Shown here piece by piece: positions 52,363 to 64,000 of a DNA stretch of 64,000 nt. Below the pieces are notes generated by a model. It was not told where the DNA came from. It worked only from the letters and a program-made list of their open reading frames with translations, and ran no database searches. The position numbers and the translations under genes were made by a program. The stretch is from positions 1,240,001-1,304,000 of the forward strand of contig NC_043002.1 in assembly GCF_006345805.1 (NCBI RefSeq), written 5' to 3'. Position 1 is the stretch's first letter, and each line of letters begins with the position of its first letter. This DNA comes from Octopus sinensis (Eukaryota).

Positions 52363-52788
52363 AATAGTCTTCATTAGCCAATCTGATACCCGTTGCCACC
52401 CTCGCTATGATTTATGTGCATATATACAAGTTGAGAGAAATCTGTTTGAGTAGTGGTCGATGCGACGCAGACCTTTAAAAACGCATGAAAGTACTGCTAC
52501 ATCCCTCTTAGAAAGAAACTTCAAATTATTTGTCTAATCTAATCTTAAATGAAAAAGCGAACTAAATTCGATTTGATGCCCAAATTCTTCCTCGCTGTAA
52601 CTGACACTGATTACTTCCCTTTGTCTGGTTAATTAACTGCTTTTTTTCTCTGTCTATATCTATTCAATTTCTAATTTCTAATTTTAATTGAAACTACATC
52701 CATTTTGTGATCTGAAATACGTTATTGAATAATGGATTGACCCTAGCGCCACACACATTTCACTCTCCTATGAAGTCCTTCGGTTCGT

Positions 52789-53046
52789 TTATTTCCATAT
52801 TTCGTTCAGTTTTTCTTCAGTTTCTTCTTTTACTTCTTTATTCTTATTTCCAAATGTATCGTTTGCTAACTTTATGCATAATAAACGGCAAAATCTTCTA
52901 AATTTTCGTTTCAATACTGAAAACACGTTGTAAATTGTATTGTTTTTGACTTCATTGGAGCACTTTACAGAGTTTGCAGATCCATTTGACTGGAACAAAC
53001 TGGACTGGAACGTCTTTCTCTTTGAAGTTTGTAATGTAAATGCATG
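52789..53046 (-). CDS. Candidate terminal exon, 85 codons (…NTIYNVFSVLKRKFRRFCRLLCIKL…EEKLNEIWK*)
   Basis: Non-repetitive open frame after a ccgaacag acceptor; weak polypyrimidine tract; an alternative short plus-strand exon overlaps it. Confidence 0.2.
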   Translation of the reverse strand, partial: HAFTLQTSKRKTFQSSLFQSNGSANSVKCSNEVKNNTIYNVFSVLKRKFRRFCRLLCIKLANDTFGNKNKEVKEETEEKLNEIWK

Positions 53047-53194
53047 CTGTTCGGTAAATGTGCACGCATATGCACACATGCACACACACATATATACGTA
53101 TGTATGTATATGCATACACGCATATGAGAATGCACATACATGATTACTTATATTCATCTATGTATTCATATAGGCATATGTATACATACATATA

Positions 53195-53238
<44 letters not shown>

Positions 53239-54654
53239 CACACACACACATATCTATCTATATATATATATATTTACTTGTACGTTTATATATATATACT
53301 TATACGTTTATATATATATGTATTTATATCTTATGTTTACACACGTACATATATGTTTGTGTGTATGTTTACTTATGAATGTGCTTATACATGCATCCGT
53401 ATAAAGCCAAGGAAGCAGAGTATACCAAACAAATTATGTAATATATTTTTAATAAAGTTTAAGAAAATGAGGAAAACTGTGTTTACATGTTTTAGCTCAT
53501 AAATCTTTTCGTTTGTTTTTATATATTGATAGATTTCAGAAATGGTTGGTAGATATTTGAAAATGAATTCTGGCGTAAACATTGGTAATATATTGAAAAT
53601 AAACTGTAATAGATTATATTGGATTTGTTAATTTTCACATTGAAGTATATAAACGCCATAGTTTCAGAATATTTTCTCCAAGAGCATAAAGATGAGTATA
53701 TAAAACCTGTTCGTGATAGTTTATAATGCAGGCAACGGAAGTTTCCCTAATTCGCGTTGTTAAGTATCGCTTAAATGTCGTTGTGATAGCAGAAAATTAA
53801 AGTTTGATAATTTATCAATTGTTTCTCCCTAATATTTCCTCACACTTTGATTCCGATTTCATGGGGTTTTTTGGAATGTAAACATTATGTTTTCCTTTTT
53901 TATTTTCTTTGATTCTAATCCCCCAGATTTCTTGTTTCGCATAATTTTTGTATGATCTTGTAACCAAATCATTTCAATGTGTAAAAGATGTTCAAAAAAT
54001 ATTTACTCATATTATACTTTCACTTTTTGAAAGCACAACCTCTCTTTCTTGAAACGATTATTTCTAAGATAAATTATGAAAAAAAAACCAACAACTTCTC
54101 TCATGGTATTCCGTTAGTGGAATCTAAAGTTGTTATATCTCTTCACCATTCTGCATTATATATATTGCAAAATCACAATTAAATTTCATATGAACTGGTA
54201 TTAATGTTTCGAAAGATAGATCTACATCCTGCGTCATTGTCGGATTCGAAACATCTTTGCGTATTGACGCCTTTGTTAATGTAACCTGATAGCTGTGATA
54301 GGTTTTGGTCTCGCTCTTGATTATATATACAAACATAAACACACACACTCTCCATTGTGTCTATGTGTATGCGTGTGTATACATGTGTGTAATAGAATTT
54401 TAAAATTAATTTCTTGATAATATGACTCTTGCATCGTGTATAATTATATAACTACAATTTTGTTGGCTTTGTTAGAAATATTAAAACAACGGTAATTGTC
54501 TTCAGTCATTATTTCGAATATGTTGCTCTCTTCATCCTTTTATAACCAGTTCTACACCATAACCGATATCCATAATGGAAGTGCATCTAAGTTATGAGCT
54601 TTCGGTGGTTAACTTGGTGTAATATAATGAAGGTTCATCCTTTATTGAATAACG

Positions 54655-55925
54655 TACGAGGGTCGATAGAAAAGCTCATAAACTGACCAAGTTATTTTCA
54701 TGGAATATGACCAAATGAAGTTTATTTTTCAACAAAGTCCCGCTTGCCATCCACAGGCTTCCTCTGTTAGTGCTACACTGCTTGAATCCCATTGGTGAAG
54801 AAGCTTTCATCCTGTTGCCAAAAAATCTCATCAACAGCAGATATGACGTCATCATCACTGCGGTGCTGGTTCCCAGGCAATTTTTGTTTTCATGTTGGGA
54901 TGATAGTCAGAGGGGGCCAAACCAGGAGAATAGGAAAGTTGATCAATCAGTTCAAAGCCACAGTCACGCACAGCAGCCATTGAAACCAAGCACTTGTGTG
55001 CCGGAGCATTGTCCTGATGAAACAAAACCCGTTTTGTCGTCAGTTTTCCAACGCTTTTCCTCTTGATCGCCTTTCGCAACTGCTTCCGCAAGTTCGCATT
55101 TTACTCTCCATTCATGGCGTGGCTCTTTTCAAGATGAACAACAAACACAATGCCTTTTACATCTCCCAACACTGAGGCCGTCACCTTCCCTGCAGATGAA
55201 ACAACTTTAGCCTTCGTTACAGCAAGTGAGGAGGGATTCTTCCTCTGCATGGATTGTCCTTTTGTCTCCATCTCAAAGTGATGAAACCAACATTCATCCT
55301 TGGTCAGGAATCTTTCAAGGAAACAATATCGGATTTTCGCGTGATGTGATCAGCCTGTTGCACTTTTGATCAAGGGTCAGAAGATGTGGAACCCACCGAG
55401 CAGAGACCCTCGTCATGCCAGGTTCATTGTGCAGAATATTCTCAACTCTCTCATAGAATATGCCAAAAGCATTGGCTATTTGATTTATAATCAATTGCCT
55501 GTCATCGATCACCATCTGGTCCACACGATCAATGTTTCCCTCGGTGTTGGCAGTTGCTGACCGTCCAGACCTTGGCTGATCTTCAAGACTTTCCCTTCTC
55601 CTACTCCTAAATTCAGCTCTTCACAATTGCACTACTTGTAAACCTGGAGCGTCTTCTCCGAATCTATCGAGCATGAATGTCGTTTGCGACTAAACCTTTT
55701 TTTCTGAAAGAACTTGATAACGTCACGTTGTCAAAGTTTTGTCCATTTCTCAAGAGAAGTTATTACTAGATACATTTGAAGTTTTCTTTGCTCAGATATA
55801 AGTTTACTTGGAGAGCAACAATGCTGTTGTTAATTAAAAAGGGTTGAAATTAATGCATGCAAGATTTCACAGCTCTAGCATCACTCTTTCGTAATCAACC
55901 TATGATCTTTTCACTTCCCCCTCTA
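54655..55925 (-). mobile_element. Degenerate mariner transposon (irritans-like TACGAGGG ends), ~1.27 kb
   Basis: WVPHLLT, LFHQDNAPAH and YSPGLAPSDY motifs across frameshifted ORFs; imperfect TIRs tacgagggtcgatagaaaagctcata / ctatgatcttttcacttccccctcta with TA. Confidence 0.9.
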
Positions 55926-56177
55926 TTTAATGTCTGAGAATAGACGGCATTTGAATAAAAATTACACCATGTACACACACACATACACACACACATACAT
56001 ATGTATGCATATTAACATGACATGATTCCATGTGTTTTCCAGCGACATTGTCAATAACTTTCAATGTTAGTGCAGTTGGATGTTTTATTAATCTTTTCGA
56101 GAATAGCTTATTGCTCAACGATAGTTTCAAAAAAATGGAAAAGTTTTCTACGAATTGTGGTTTCCAGATGTTTCTAA

Positions 56178-56242
<65 letters not shown>

Positions 56243-56874
56243 TGCGTGCGTGCATTTGTATGTTTTTGTGAGTAAGTATGTATGTATGTAGTCGGTTAAA
56301 TGTATATTACATACAGCTAAAACTTTTATTGAAAATATGTTTGCTTCGGAATATGGCAAACAAACGCCTGTTTGCTGCCAGTGTTTGTTCGAACTGAACT
56401 GACCGAAGAGGAGAGACATTCTTAGTGTGAAAACAGAAAAGACTGTTCGCCTCCTGGATTCAAGGTAACACTTGAGCCACTATTACTAATGCCACAAAAG
56501 TAGAAAATGTTTGCAACCTTGTTTAAGGTGCCTAATTAAAACAATAAATGATTGAAAAATAGCTTAGTGCAGTCAGTGGTTGAATTTTGAATCAAAGACA
56601 AAGTTTATATTAAATACTAAAAAATATAGATATATAAGAATGTGTGTCTGTGTGTGTGTGGGAGTGTATGTATAATATTAAGTTGGATAAACGAAGTAGA
56701 TTTATATCGCACTGCTTCTCGCTTGACCTGCAAACTATAACACTGTCGCCCAGCAGGCGATATCTGCTCGATTTGGCTCACGTCAGTAGGTCAAGTTCTC
56801 CTTTCTCTTCCGATTCAAAACGAAACAAATTGGTATGTGGGGCAATAATCTTTTTGATATATAATCGTTATTAA

Positions 56875-56976
56875 GGCGGCGAGCTTGCACAAACATTAGC
56901 ACGCCGGGTGAAATGAGTTCAAATTACGCCGAGGTCGACTTTGCTTTCCATCCTTTCGGGATCGATTAAATAAGTA
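56875..56976 (+). mobile_element. 5' half of S1 SINE truncated at the mariner junction
   Basis: ggcggcgagcttgcacaaacattagcacgccggg…gtcgactttgctttccatcctttcgggatcgattaaataagta. Confidence 0.85.
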
Positions 56977-58271
56977 CCAGTCATCCCATAAGTTCTGTCC
57001 GATTTTGCCTTTTTTAAAATTTTTTAAAATTGAATGAAATTTCGTAGTATTTTAGAATGTCTAATGGAATTAAAAGTTATTTTTATGCATTTGTGTACAT
57101 TTAAACTAATTAAATATTGTTTTACAGAATATTAGAATTAAAGTTTCTTTGATTAAAACTCTTTCTAACATGGAAGTATCAAAAGAGCATTTAAGGCACA
57201 TAATGCTTTATGAGTACAAAAAAGGAAACTCTGCAGCTGAAGCGATTCGAAACATACACTCAGTTTATGGGAAAGAATGCTTGAATGAAAGAACTTGCAG
57301 AAGATGGTTTGCAAAATTCAGAAGTGGAGATTTCAGCCTTGAAGATGAAGATCGAACATGACGTCCAGTTGAGTTTGATGATAAGCTCCTTGAGGCATTA
57401 CTTGAAGAAAAACCTGCATTATCAGTTGAAGAATGTGCAATAAAGTTTAGTTCAAACCATACAACTGTTCATCGTCATCTTCAACAACTTGGAAAGATTC
57501 CTAAACTTGGAAAATGGGTGCCTCGTGAATTGTCCGAAAGCAACCGCAAATCCCAAGTTGACATTTGCTCTTCTCTCCATTCTCACGAACTCGTTTCACC
57601 CGTTTTGGATAGAATTGTGACTGGTGACGAAAAATGGATCTTCTATCGAAATGTTAAATGTCGTAAACAGAGGCTTGGTAAAAGGGAAAACGCTCAACCA
57701 AAACCGAGAAGGGAACTTCATGAGAAAAAGGTTCTTCCCTCTATCTGGTGGGATTGAAAAGGAGTAATTCACTTTGAATTGTTCCCACCTAATGCAACAA
57801 TCAATGCTCAAGTCTACAGTCAGCAATTAGAGAGTTTGAACCAAGCTTTGAAGAAAAAAAGACCCACTTTAGTAAATTTAAAAAGAGTGATGTTTCATTA
57901 GGACAATGCGCGACACCACATTACAAAGATCACATCACAGAAGATCGAAGAGCTTGGTTGGGAAAAAATTCCTCATCCACCTTATTCTCCCAACCTTGCT
58001 ACTTCATACTACCATTTGTTTCGTAGTTTACAGAATCATTTGGAGGACATAACTTTCGCAAGCCAGGAGGAGGTCAAAACTGACATTTCAGAGTTCTTCG
58101 CTTTGAAACCAAAAGAGTTTTGATTTGAGGGATTAAAAAGCTTGTAAATAGATGGAAGGAAGTTATAGATAATCAGGAAAGTACGTTGATGATTAAATTT
58201 CAATTAACTATAATATTTGATCACTTGTTTTCTTTATTTAAAATTCGGACAGAACTTATGGGATGACCTGA
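56977..58271 (+). mobile_element. Full-length (1295-bp) mariner transposon
   Basis: TIRs cag(g)tcatcccataagttctgtccga at both ends, TA at 56975-56976 and 58272-58273. Confidence 0.95.
57170..58196 (+). pseudogene. Mariner DD34D-type transposase pseudogene with several in-frame stops
   Basis: N-terminal HTH (RHIMLYEYKKG..AAEA.RNI…CRRWFAKFRSG), WVPREL, TGDEKW, FH*DNARHH, YSPNLA. Confidence 0.93.
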
Positions 58272-58766
58272 TAAAGTCTCATGATGCAAAAAAGGTAAAT
58301 GCAATTGAGAGACCATAGTTGCTGTACATCAGGTTTCTGCCGTCGAGGCTAATGAAACAGAGATGAATACGCACTATGGATAACTATAATGTGGTCTGTT
58401 CACAAATATAGTGTTTGTGGTCACAGGGTTTACTAATACAGGGACATTGGTAGAGTATTTACTTATTCATAGTACATATATAAACATATATTCATGTGCA
58501 AGGAGGAATATTTCTCGAAGGACGAATGTCATACCATGGTGATAGGACTCTTTTATTTTGCTGCAGCGAAAGATGATGGCGATGATAAAAAGTAATTAAC
58601 ATATCAATTATCTGCCAAACTCAGAAACTATGTTGGTATTCTGGGATGATATTTCACATTAAATAATATCTGCGTTCTCCATTTATAGTACAGTAATTCA
58701 AAAGTAACAATTGTATATTCGGCATCGATTTTCTGATTTGCATGCAATTCTATTATTTAACAAATA

Positions 58767-58844
<78 letters not shown>

Positions 58845-58875
58845 ACACACACGCACACACACACACACACACGCG

Positions 58876-58915
<40 letters not shown>

Positions 58916-58994
58916 CACACAAACAAACAAACAATATAAAACCAACATAAAGGAGATAATGATAAAATAAGATGTAAATAACTGTTCAGCGTTA

Positions 58995-59068
58995 TTCCCT
59001 TTATCTGGTGGGATTGCAAAGGAGTAATTCACTTTGAATTGTTACCACCTAATGCAACAATCAATGCA
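58995..59068 (+). mobile_element. 74-bp fragment of the same mariner family (matches ~57735-57808)
   Basis: ttccctttatctggtgggattgcaaaggagtaattcactttgaattgttaccacctaatgcaacaatcaatgc. Confidence 0.9.
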
Positions 59069-59637
59069 GGTGACGTCCAGAAAATCTTCATATAGAAAAC
59101 AATTAGCTTCGCTCAAAAGATTTGAACTTACACTGTGAAATCTTTATTGAGAGGACCAAGTTAGCGAGATAAGGAGTGGTTGTAAGGGAAATCCAAGTGA
59201 GCAGATATGGAGACAACGATGCAAATGCATAGATAAAATTCCTTTATACACAGAATATATATCTATGCCTACTTGTAAATAAGGGAAAGTCGAAGACTGA
59301 ACATTTTCCAGATTATTAACATTCCAGTACAACTATACATATGTATTTATATATTACTATATTACGAGAGCAAACTTAGATTACATAGACTCAAAGAATT
59401 AGAGCGGAGAGGATATGATGTTACAGGTCGGACAGCTGTTCCTGGGGGTTCGGAGTTACTTCATAACAATGGCAGATGTCGATCACCAAAACTTTGCAAA
59501 GAGTAATGAAAGCAAAAAAATACTGGAAAACTCGAAGTCTCCTGTCAGTCTGTAAAATCACGGTTTATCAAGTCAATATTAGACCAAAATAGAGCAGGTA
59601 AAAGTTTATACCTTCACACATGTACATATTCGTAAAA

Positions 59638-59693
<56 letters not shown>

Positions 59694-59844
59694 ATGTGTG
59701 TGTGTGTGTGTGTGTGTATGTGTGCATTACTGTATAGACGTATATACATATATATATATAACATGTGTGTGTATGTGTGTCCCCGTGTGTATGTTTGTGT
59801 GCGCGTGTGTATATGTATATGTATATATATGTGTGTGTGTGTTA

Positions 59845-60110
59845 AGGTGCATGGCTTAGTGGTTAGGGTGTTGCACTCAGCAGACCGGGCGTTGCGTCGT
59901 GTTCTTCAGCAAAACTCCTCATTTAACGTTGCTCTGTGATTCTTTCCTGATTTGACATGTGACACGTCATCCACCTGTACAGGTAACGTCAATTTGATGG
60001 AGGGAGTGAGCTTATGTGAATATAAACACTTGATCTTTATAAACAAATCATCTGTGTGATTGTTCAGTAAAGTCGTTGCAGAACCCCCATACATCATCTA
60101 AGGACGGGAG
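59845..60110 (+). mobile_element. Diverged tRNA-derived SINE
   Basis: ggtgcatggcttagtggttagggtgttgcactca head (A box) and ttcagcaaaactcctcatttaacgttgctc core; B-box region deleted. Confidence 0.65.
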
Positions 60111-60221
60111 AGACCATTAGATATGTAGGAAATACACACACGCACGCACATACACACACACACACGCATACATGCATACATGCATACATGCATACATGCA
60201 TACATACATACATACATACAT

Positions 60222-60302
<81 letters not shown>

Positions 60303-60305
60303 ACA

Positions 60306-61164
60306 TACACAGAGGGTGCGATGGGTAAATTGTTGCCATTTTATATTTTCAATTTTGCGCATGCGCATCGTTGTTTTGGATGTTGTCGACTACACAGTAT
60401 AGTAGGATCAGTAACCGTCTGCGAGAAAAACAGCACCATGATGCAATTCGCTCGGTCAGAAATTTGGAATCGACATACTGTACTGCTTGGCATTAGCGCC
60501 GGAAACGCCAATACGAACATTTCAGAGTGTTTGGGTGTCAATCTGAGGACATGTACTGAGAGTGATAAAAATCAAACATCCAGTCAACATCATGGTGTTT
60601 GGTGTGATTACTAGTGATGGCGACATTATGCCTCCATTCATCTTCACACACGGCCTCAGACTTAACATGGAGGCCTACATCAAGTGCGTGGAGGAGTCAA
60701 GATTGTGGCTTCTGGAAGATCCTATGTCTGGCAACAGGACTCTGCACCATGCCACACAAGCAGGAGAACCCATTCATGGCTGTGAGACAATTTCTGCAAC
60801 GACGCCACCCCTAATATCAGGCCACCTAACTCCCCAGAGTGCAACTCCCTTGATTATTATGTGTGGGGCGCAGTTAAGCGAGAGACCAACACCACTCCTG
60901 GTGATACCAAAGATGAACTGAAGGCAAGGATTATGGGTGCATTCACCAACTTAAACAAGGAGACCGCCCAGAAGAGCTGCAGGAGATTTCGAAGTCGTCT
61001 GGAGACCATGCTTGAAGCCAATGACGATTTTATTCAATAAATTTATTCTTTACTATTTCAAGAGATTTTTATGTACTTTTGGTAAATGTATCTGATAAAA
61101 TAAGATGCCAGTGTTATTTCCATTTTTGCGTAATTTAGACGACAGTTTATTCACCACACCTGTG

Positions 61165-61166
<2 letters not shown>
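60306..61166 (+). mobile_element. Internally deleted DD37D (maT-type) Tc1/mariner element
   Basis: WQQDSAPCH…RPPNSPECNSLDYYVW with 37 residues between the two Asp; HTH remnant joined directly to IKHPVNIMVFG, so the first catalytic D region is missing; imperfect TIRs ending in TACA…/…TGTA. Confidence 0.85.
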
Positions 61167-61196
<30 letters not shown>

Positions 61197-61199
61197 CAT

Positions 61200-61252
<53 letters not shown>

Positions 61253-61256
61253 TATA

Positions 61257-61317
<61 letters not shown>

Positions 61318-61332
61318 TATACACATATATAT

Positions 61333-61365
<33 letters not shown>

Positions 61366-61531
61366 CATATACATATAAATAGATAGATGTATAATTAACT
61401 AGGTGTTAGGAAACACCCACATTGCTAGACATAAGAGCTAAGCTGTTTTAATGGCGTAATTAACGCACATAGATGAAAATATATACAATAACAGGGACCA
61501 TAATCGTCCGAAAAGTGCCGATCGGAAATTT

Positions 61532-61580
61532 TTAATACTGACACGTCAGTCTCGGCAGTATCCGTTGCCTCATCAGTTAA
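61532..61580 (-). ncRNA. Type I hammerhead-like motif (A14G) inside a larger rod-like fold
   Basis: Minus: ttaa-CTGATGA-ggca-acggatac-tgcc-GAGA-ctgac-gt-gtcag-TA-ttaa; perfect stem II, 6-bp stem III with 2-nt loop; enclosing inverted repeat at 61506-61521 / 61595-61610. Confidence 0.75.
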
Positions 61581-61639
61581 GACAGCTCGACTGTTCGGCA
61601 CTTTCCGGACTCGCTTCACCATTAGTGTTTTTATGAATG

Positions 61640-61673
<34 letters not shown>

Positions 61674-61904
61674 ATATAAATGTGTGTGTGTGTGTGTGAG
61701 CGTGCGTGTGTGTGTGTTTGTAAACACTTGTAATTGCTTATGTGTACTTATGTGTCTACGCACACATACACACGTACAGGCGCCCCCCCCACAGGCGCGC
61801 GCACACGCACCCAATCACACACATAACTATGCATGAATCTGAGTGTGTGTATGTATACATACATACATACATACATACATACATACATACATAAAACAAA
61901 CATA

Positions 61905-63055
61905 CATACGTCATAAGACTAGGAAGGCAGCTCCTTGAGCCGTATTCCTTGTCTTGAAACCTAGAATACACACCCAAAGAAGTCGCACGACTCTATCGCA
62001 ACATAGATGAAAGAATGAGCGTATATGAGCAGAGGACAATGCATGGATATGTTAGTAGAAAGATCCGAGATGATAGTAACATCGATCATCAAAGCAGTTT
62101 ATTATGGATCAACAACCGGGTTACTAACTCCCACTTTGAAAGGTATGCTTTTGAAATCCAGGAACTGGAAATATCAGCCAAATACCTGATGCACAAAAGG
62201 GAAAGAGATGCTGGAAAAGCAGTAAAATGTGACAACCGATGCAGACTTTGTGGAGATAACACCGAAGATAACACCGACGTCATAAGCAGTTGTCCGAAAA
62301 TGCCATCACAGTATTATCTACTGATGAGACATAATGCTATAGCTAGGGCACTGTATAATGAAATCCGTCGGAAGGATAACCCCGAGGACAAAGAAACAAG
62401 AACCCACAGTATGGTAGAAGACATAGCCACTCATGATAAAAAGGAATACTGGTGGAATGTCCCAGTGAAGACCTCAATAAGCACAATAGAACTGATATAA
62501 TGCTTTGGGATAGAGAAAAGAATATGTGTACAGTTGTAGAAATGAGCTGCGCAGCAGATGTTAACATAAAACTGAAGATCAATGTAAAAGAGAATACATA
62601 CGTTGAACTATTGAGAAGTATACAGTAACTCTATCTAGATTATAACTTCGGATTTATACCTGTAATTACTGGAGCACTGGGATATGTAGCACACTGCCTA
62701 AATACCAATCTTGAGAAATTAGGCTTTATCCAATACATCACTGGAACTCTAAAATTCTGTAAAAATTTCCGTAACTTTATCCTTTAAGTATTTATGAGCA
62801 TGTCTAGATATGTACGTATATGCATGAGAAGACATACATAAAGCAAAACATACAAATTTGCAAGTATACATACATACATACATACATACTACATACATAC
62901 ATACATACATACATACATACATACATACATACATACATACATACAAAAAACCCTGTTGTTGAGGTTGAAATTTCAATTAGGGAACCTTGGATCTAGGTTA
63001 GAAACCGGTTCTTTCTCTATTGGTAAGAAAGCTTGAAATGAAACTGGACAATGAT
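61905..63055 (+). mobile_element. 5'-truncated RLE-type LINE (R4/Dong-like), copy 2, with 3' UTR containing an internal (TACA)n
   Basis: CRLCGDNTED…ISSCPK…Y…RH zinc knuckle, WWNVPVKT, KHNRTDIMLWD…VEMSC..DVNIKLK RLE domain; (CATA)n immediately 5'; ends in atacatacata at ~63056. Confidence 0.88.
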
Positions 63056-63284
63056 ATACATACATATAGGCAGACAGAAAAGTAGATTTAGATCTCTATG
63101 TATGTAGGTGTGTGTGTGAATAGATACAAACGCATTCGATATATATTTTCTGTTTTCTTTTATTGAATGTCATGGTATTTTCTTTCGAGTTTTAGTTACT
63201 TATATTAATAATTATACACACTCACCTACCAGCATATATGTACATATACACACACATACATAATACATACATATATATATACAC

Positions 63285-63317
<33 letters not shown>

Positions 63318-63364
63318 CATACATATATATATATATATACACACACACATACATATATATATAT

Positions 63365-63429
<65 letters not shown>

Positions 63430-63591
63430 TGTCTATATGCATATACGTATGATTGTATATTTGTATGTATATCTATGCATCTTTCTGTCTTCATATACAT
63501 ACATGCATACATATATGAATATATATACATATACATATGCATATATTTGTATATATGCATATATACATATGTATATATATGTATATATATA

Positions 63592-63635
<44 letters not shown>

Positions 63636-64000
63636 CCACACACACACATGCATATATGTATGTATATATATATGTTTGTGTGTGTGTGATACAAAAACCT
63701 TGTCATATGAACAGAAGATATATTAATTCTGAATGATAAAATCAAATCAAGTGAAATATTTCAAACAAAGGAATAATGCTGCCAGAAGTGACACGTGTAT
63801 CTCAGACTTTCCTGACACTGACAGATGGACACCGAACAAAACATCAACACCTACTGCCATAATTCCTTTTGATAGCTGCAAATTATCAAGTGATTAAAAA
63901 AAATTTTATAAGTTATTTTTTTTCTATGTCATTTATATACTATCAGAACAACATCCGACTGTTTTATAAATGGAAGACAAATTCAAATGGAACAAAAATA

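Noticed and set aside
62960-63020. aacc…ggtt-a-GAAACCGGTT resembling an HHR 3' half in the RLE LINE 3' UTR
   Set aside because: No CUGANGA or UUGANAA core upstream of the stem.

Overview
AT-rich, microsatellite-dense eukaryotic genomic DNA. The dominance of (AT)n/(AC)n/(TACA)n tracts and the SINE types suggest a coleoid cephalopod such as Octopus (inference). No complete host gene could be identified; nearly all listed ORFs are translated microsatellites or transposon debris, and only a few low-confidence exon candidates remain. The window is mostly mobile-element material: two mariner copies, a mariner MITE, a DD37D (maT-type) element, Penelope-like (GIY-YIG) retroelement fragments, two copies of an RLE-type (R4/Dong-like) LINE, a Tx1/L1-like LINE, CR1 and RTE fragments, a probable Helitron fragment, and at least three tRNA-derived SINE families. 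The most notable signal, read by eye from both strands, is about ten type I hammerhead-ribozyme (HHR) motifs in several unrelated sequence families. They include an intact-looking HHR in a 429-nt retrozyme-like unit (8.3-9.0 kb), HHRs with a compensatory U3-A8 core (UUGAAAA in place of CUGANGA) at 47.8 kb and 11.5/11.75 kb, and fold-back elements carrying two outward-facing HHRs. All structures were folded manually; none has been tested computationally or biochemically.
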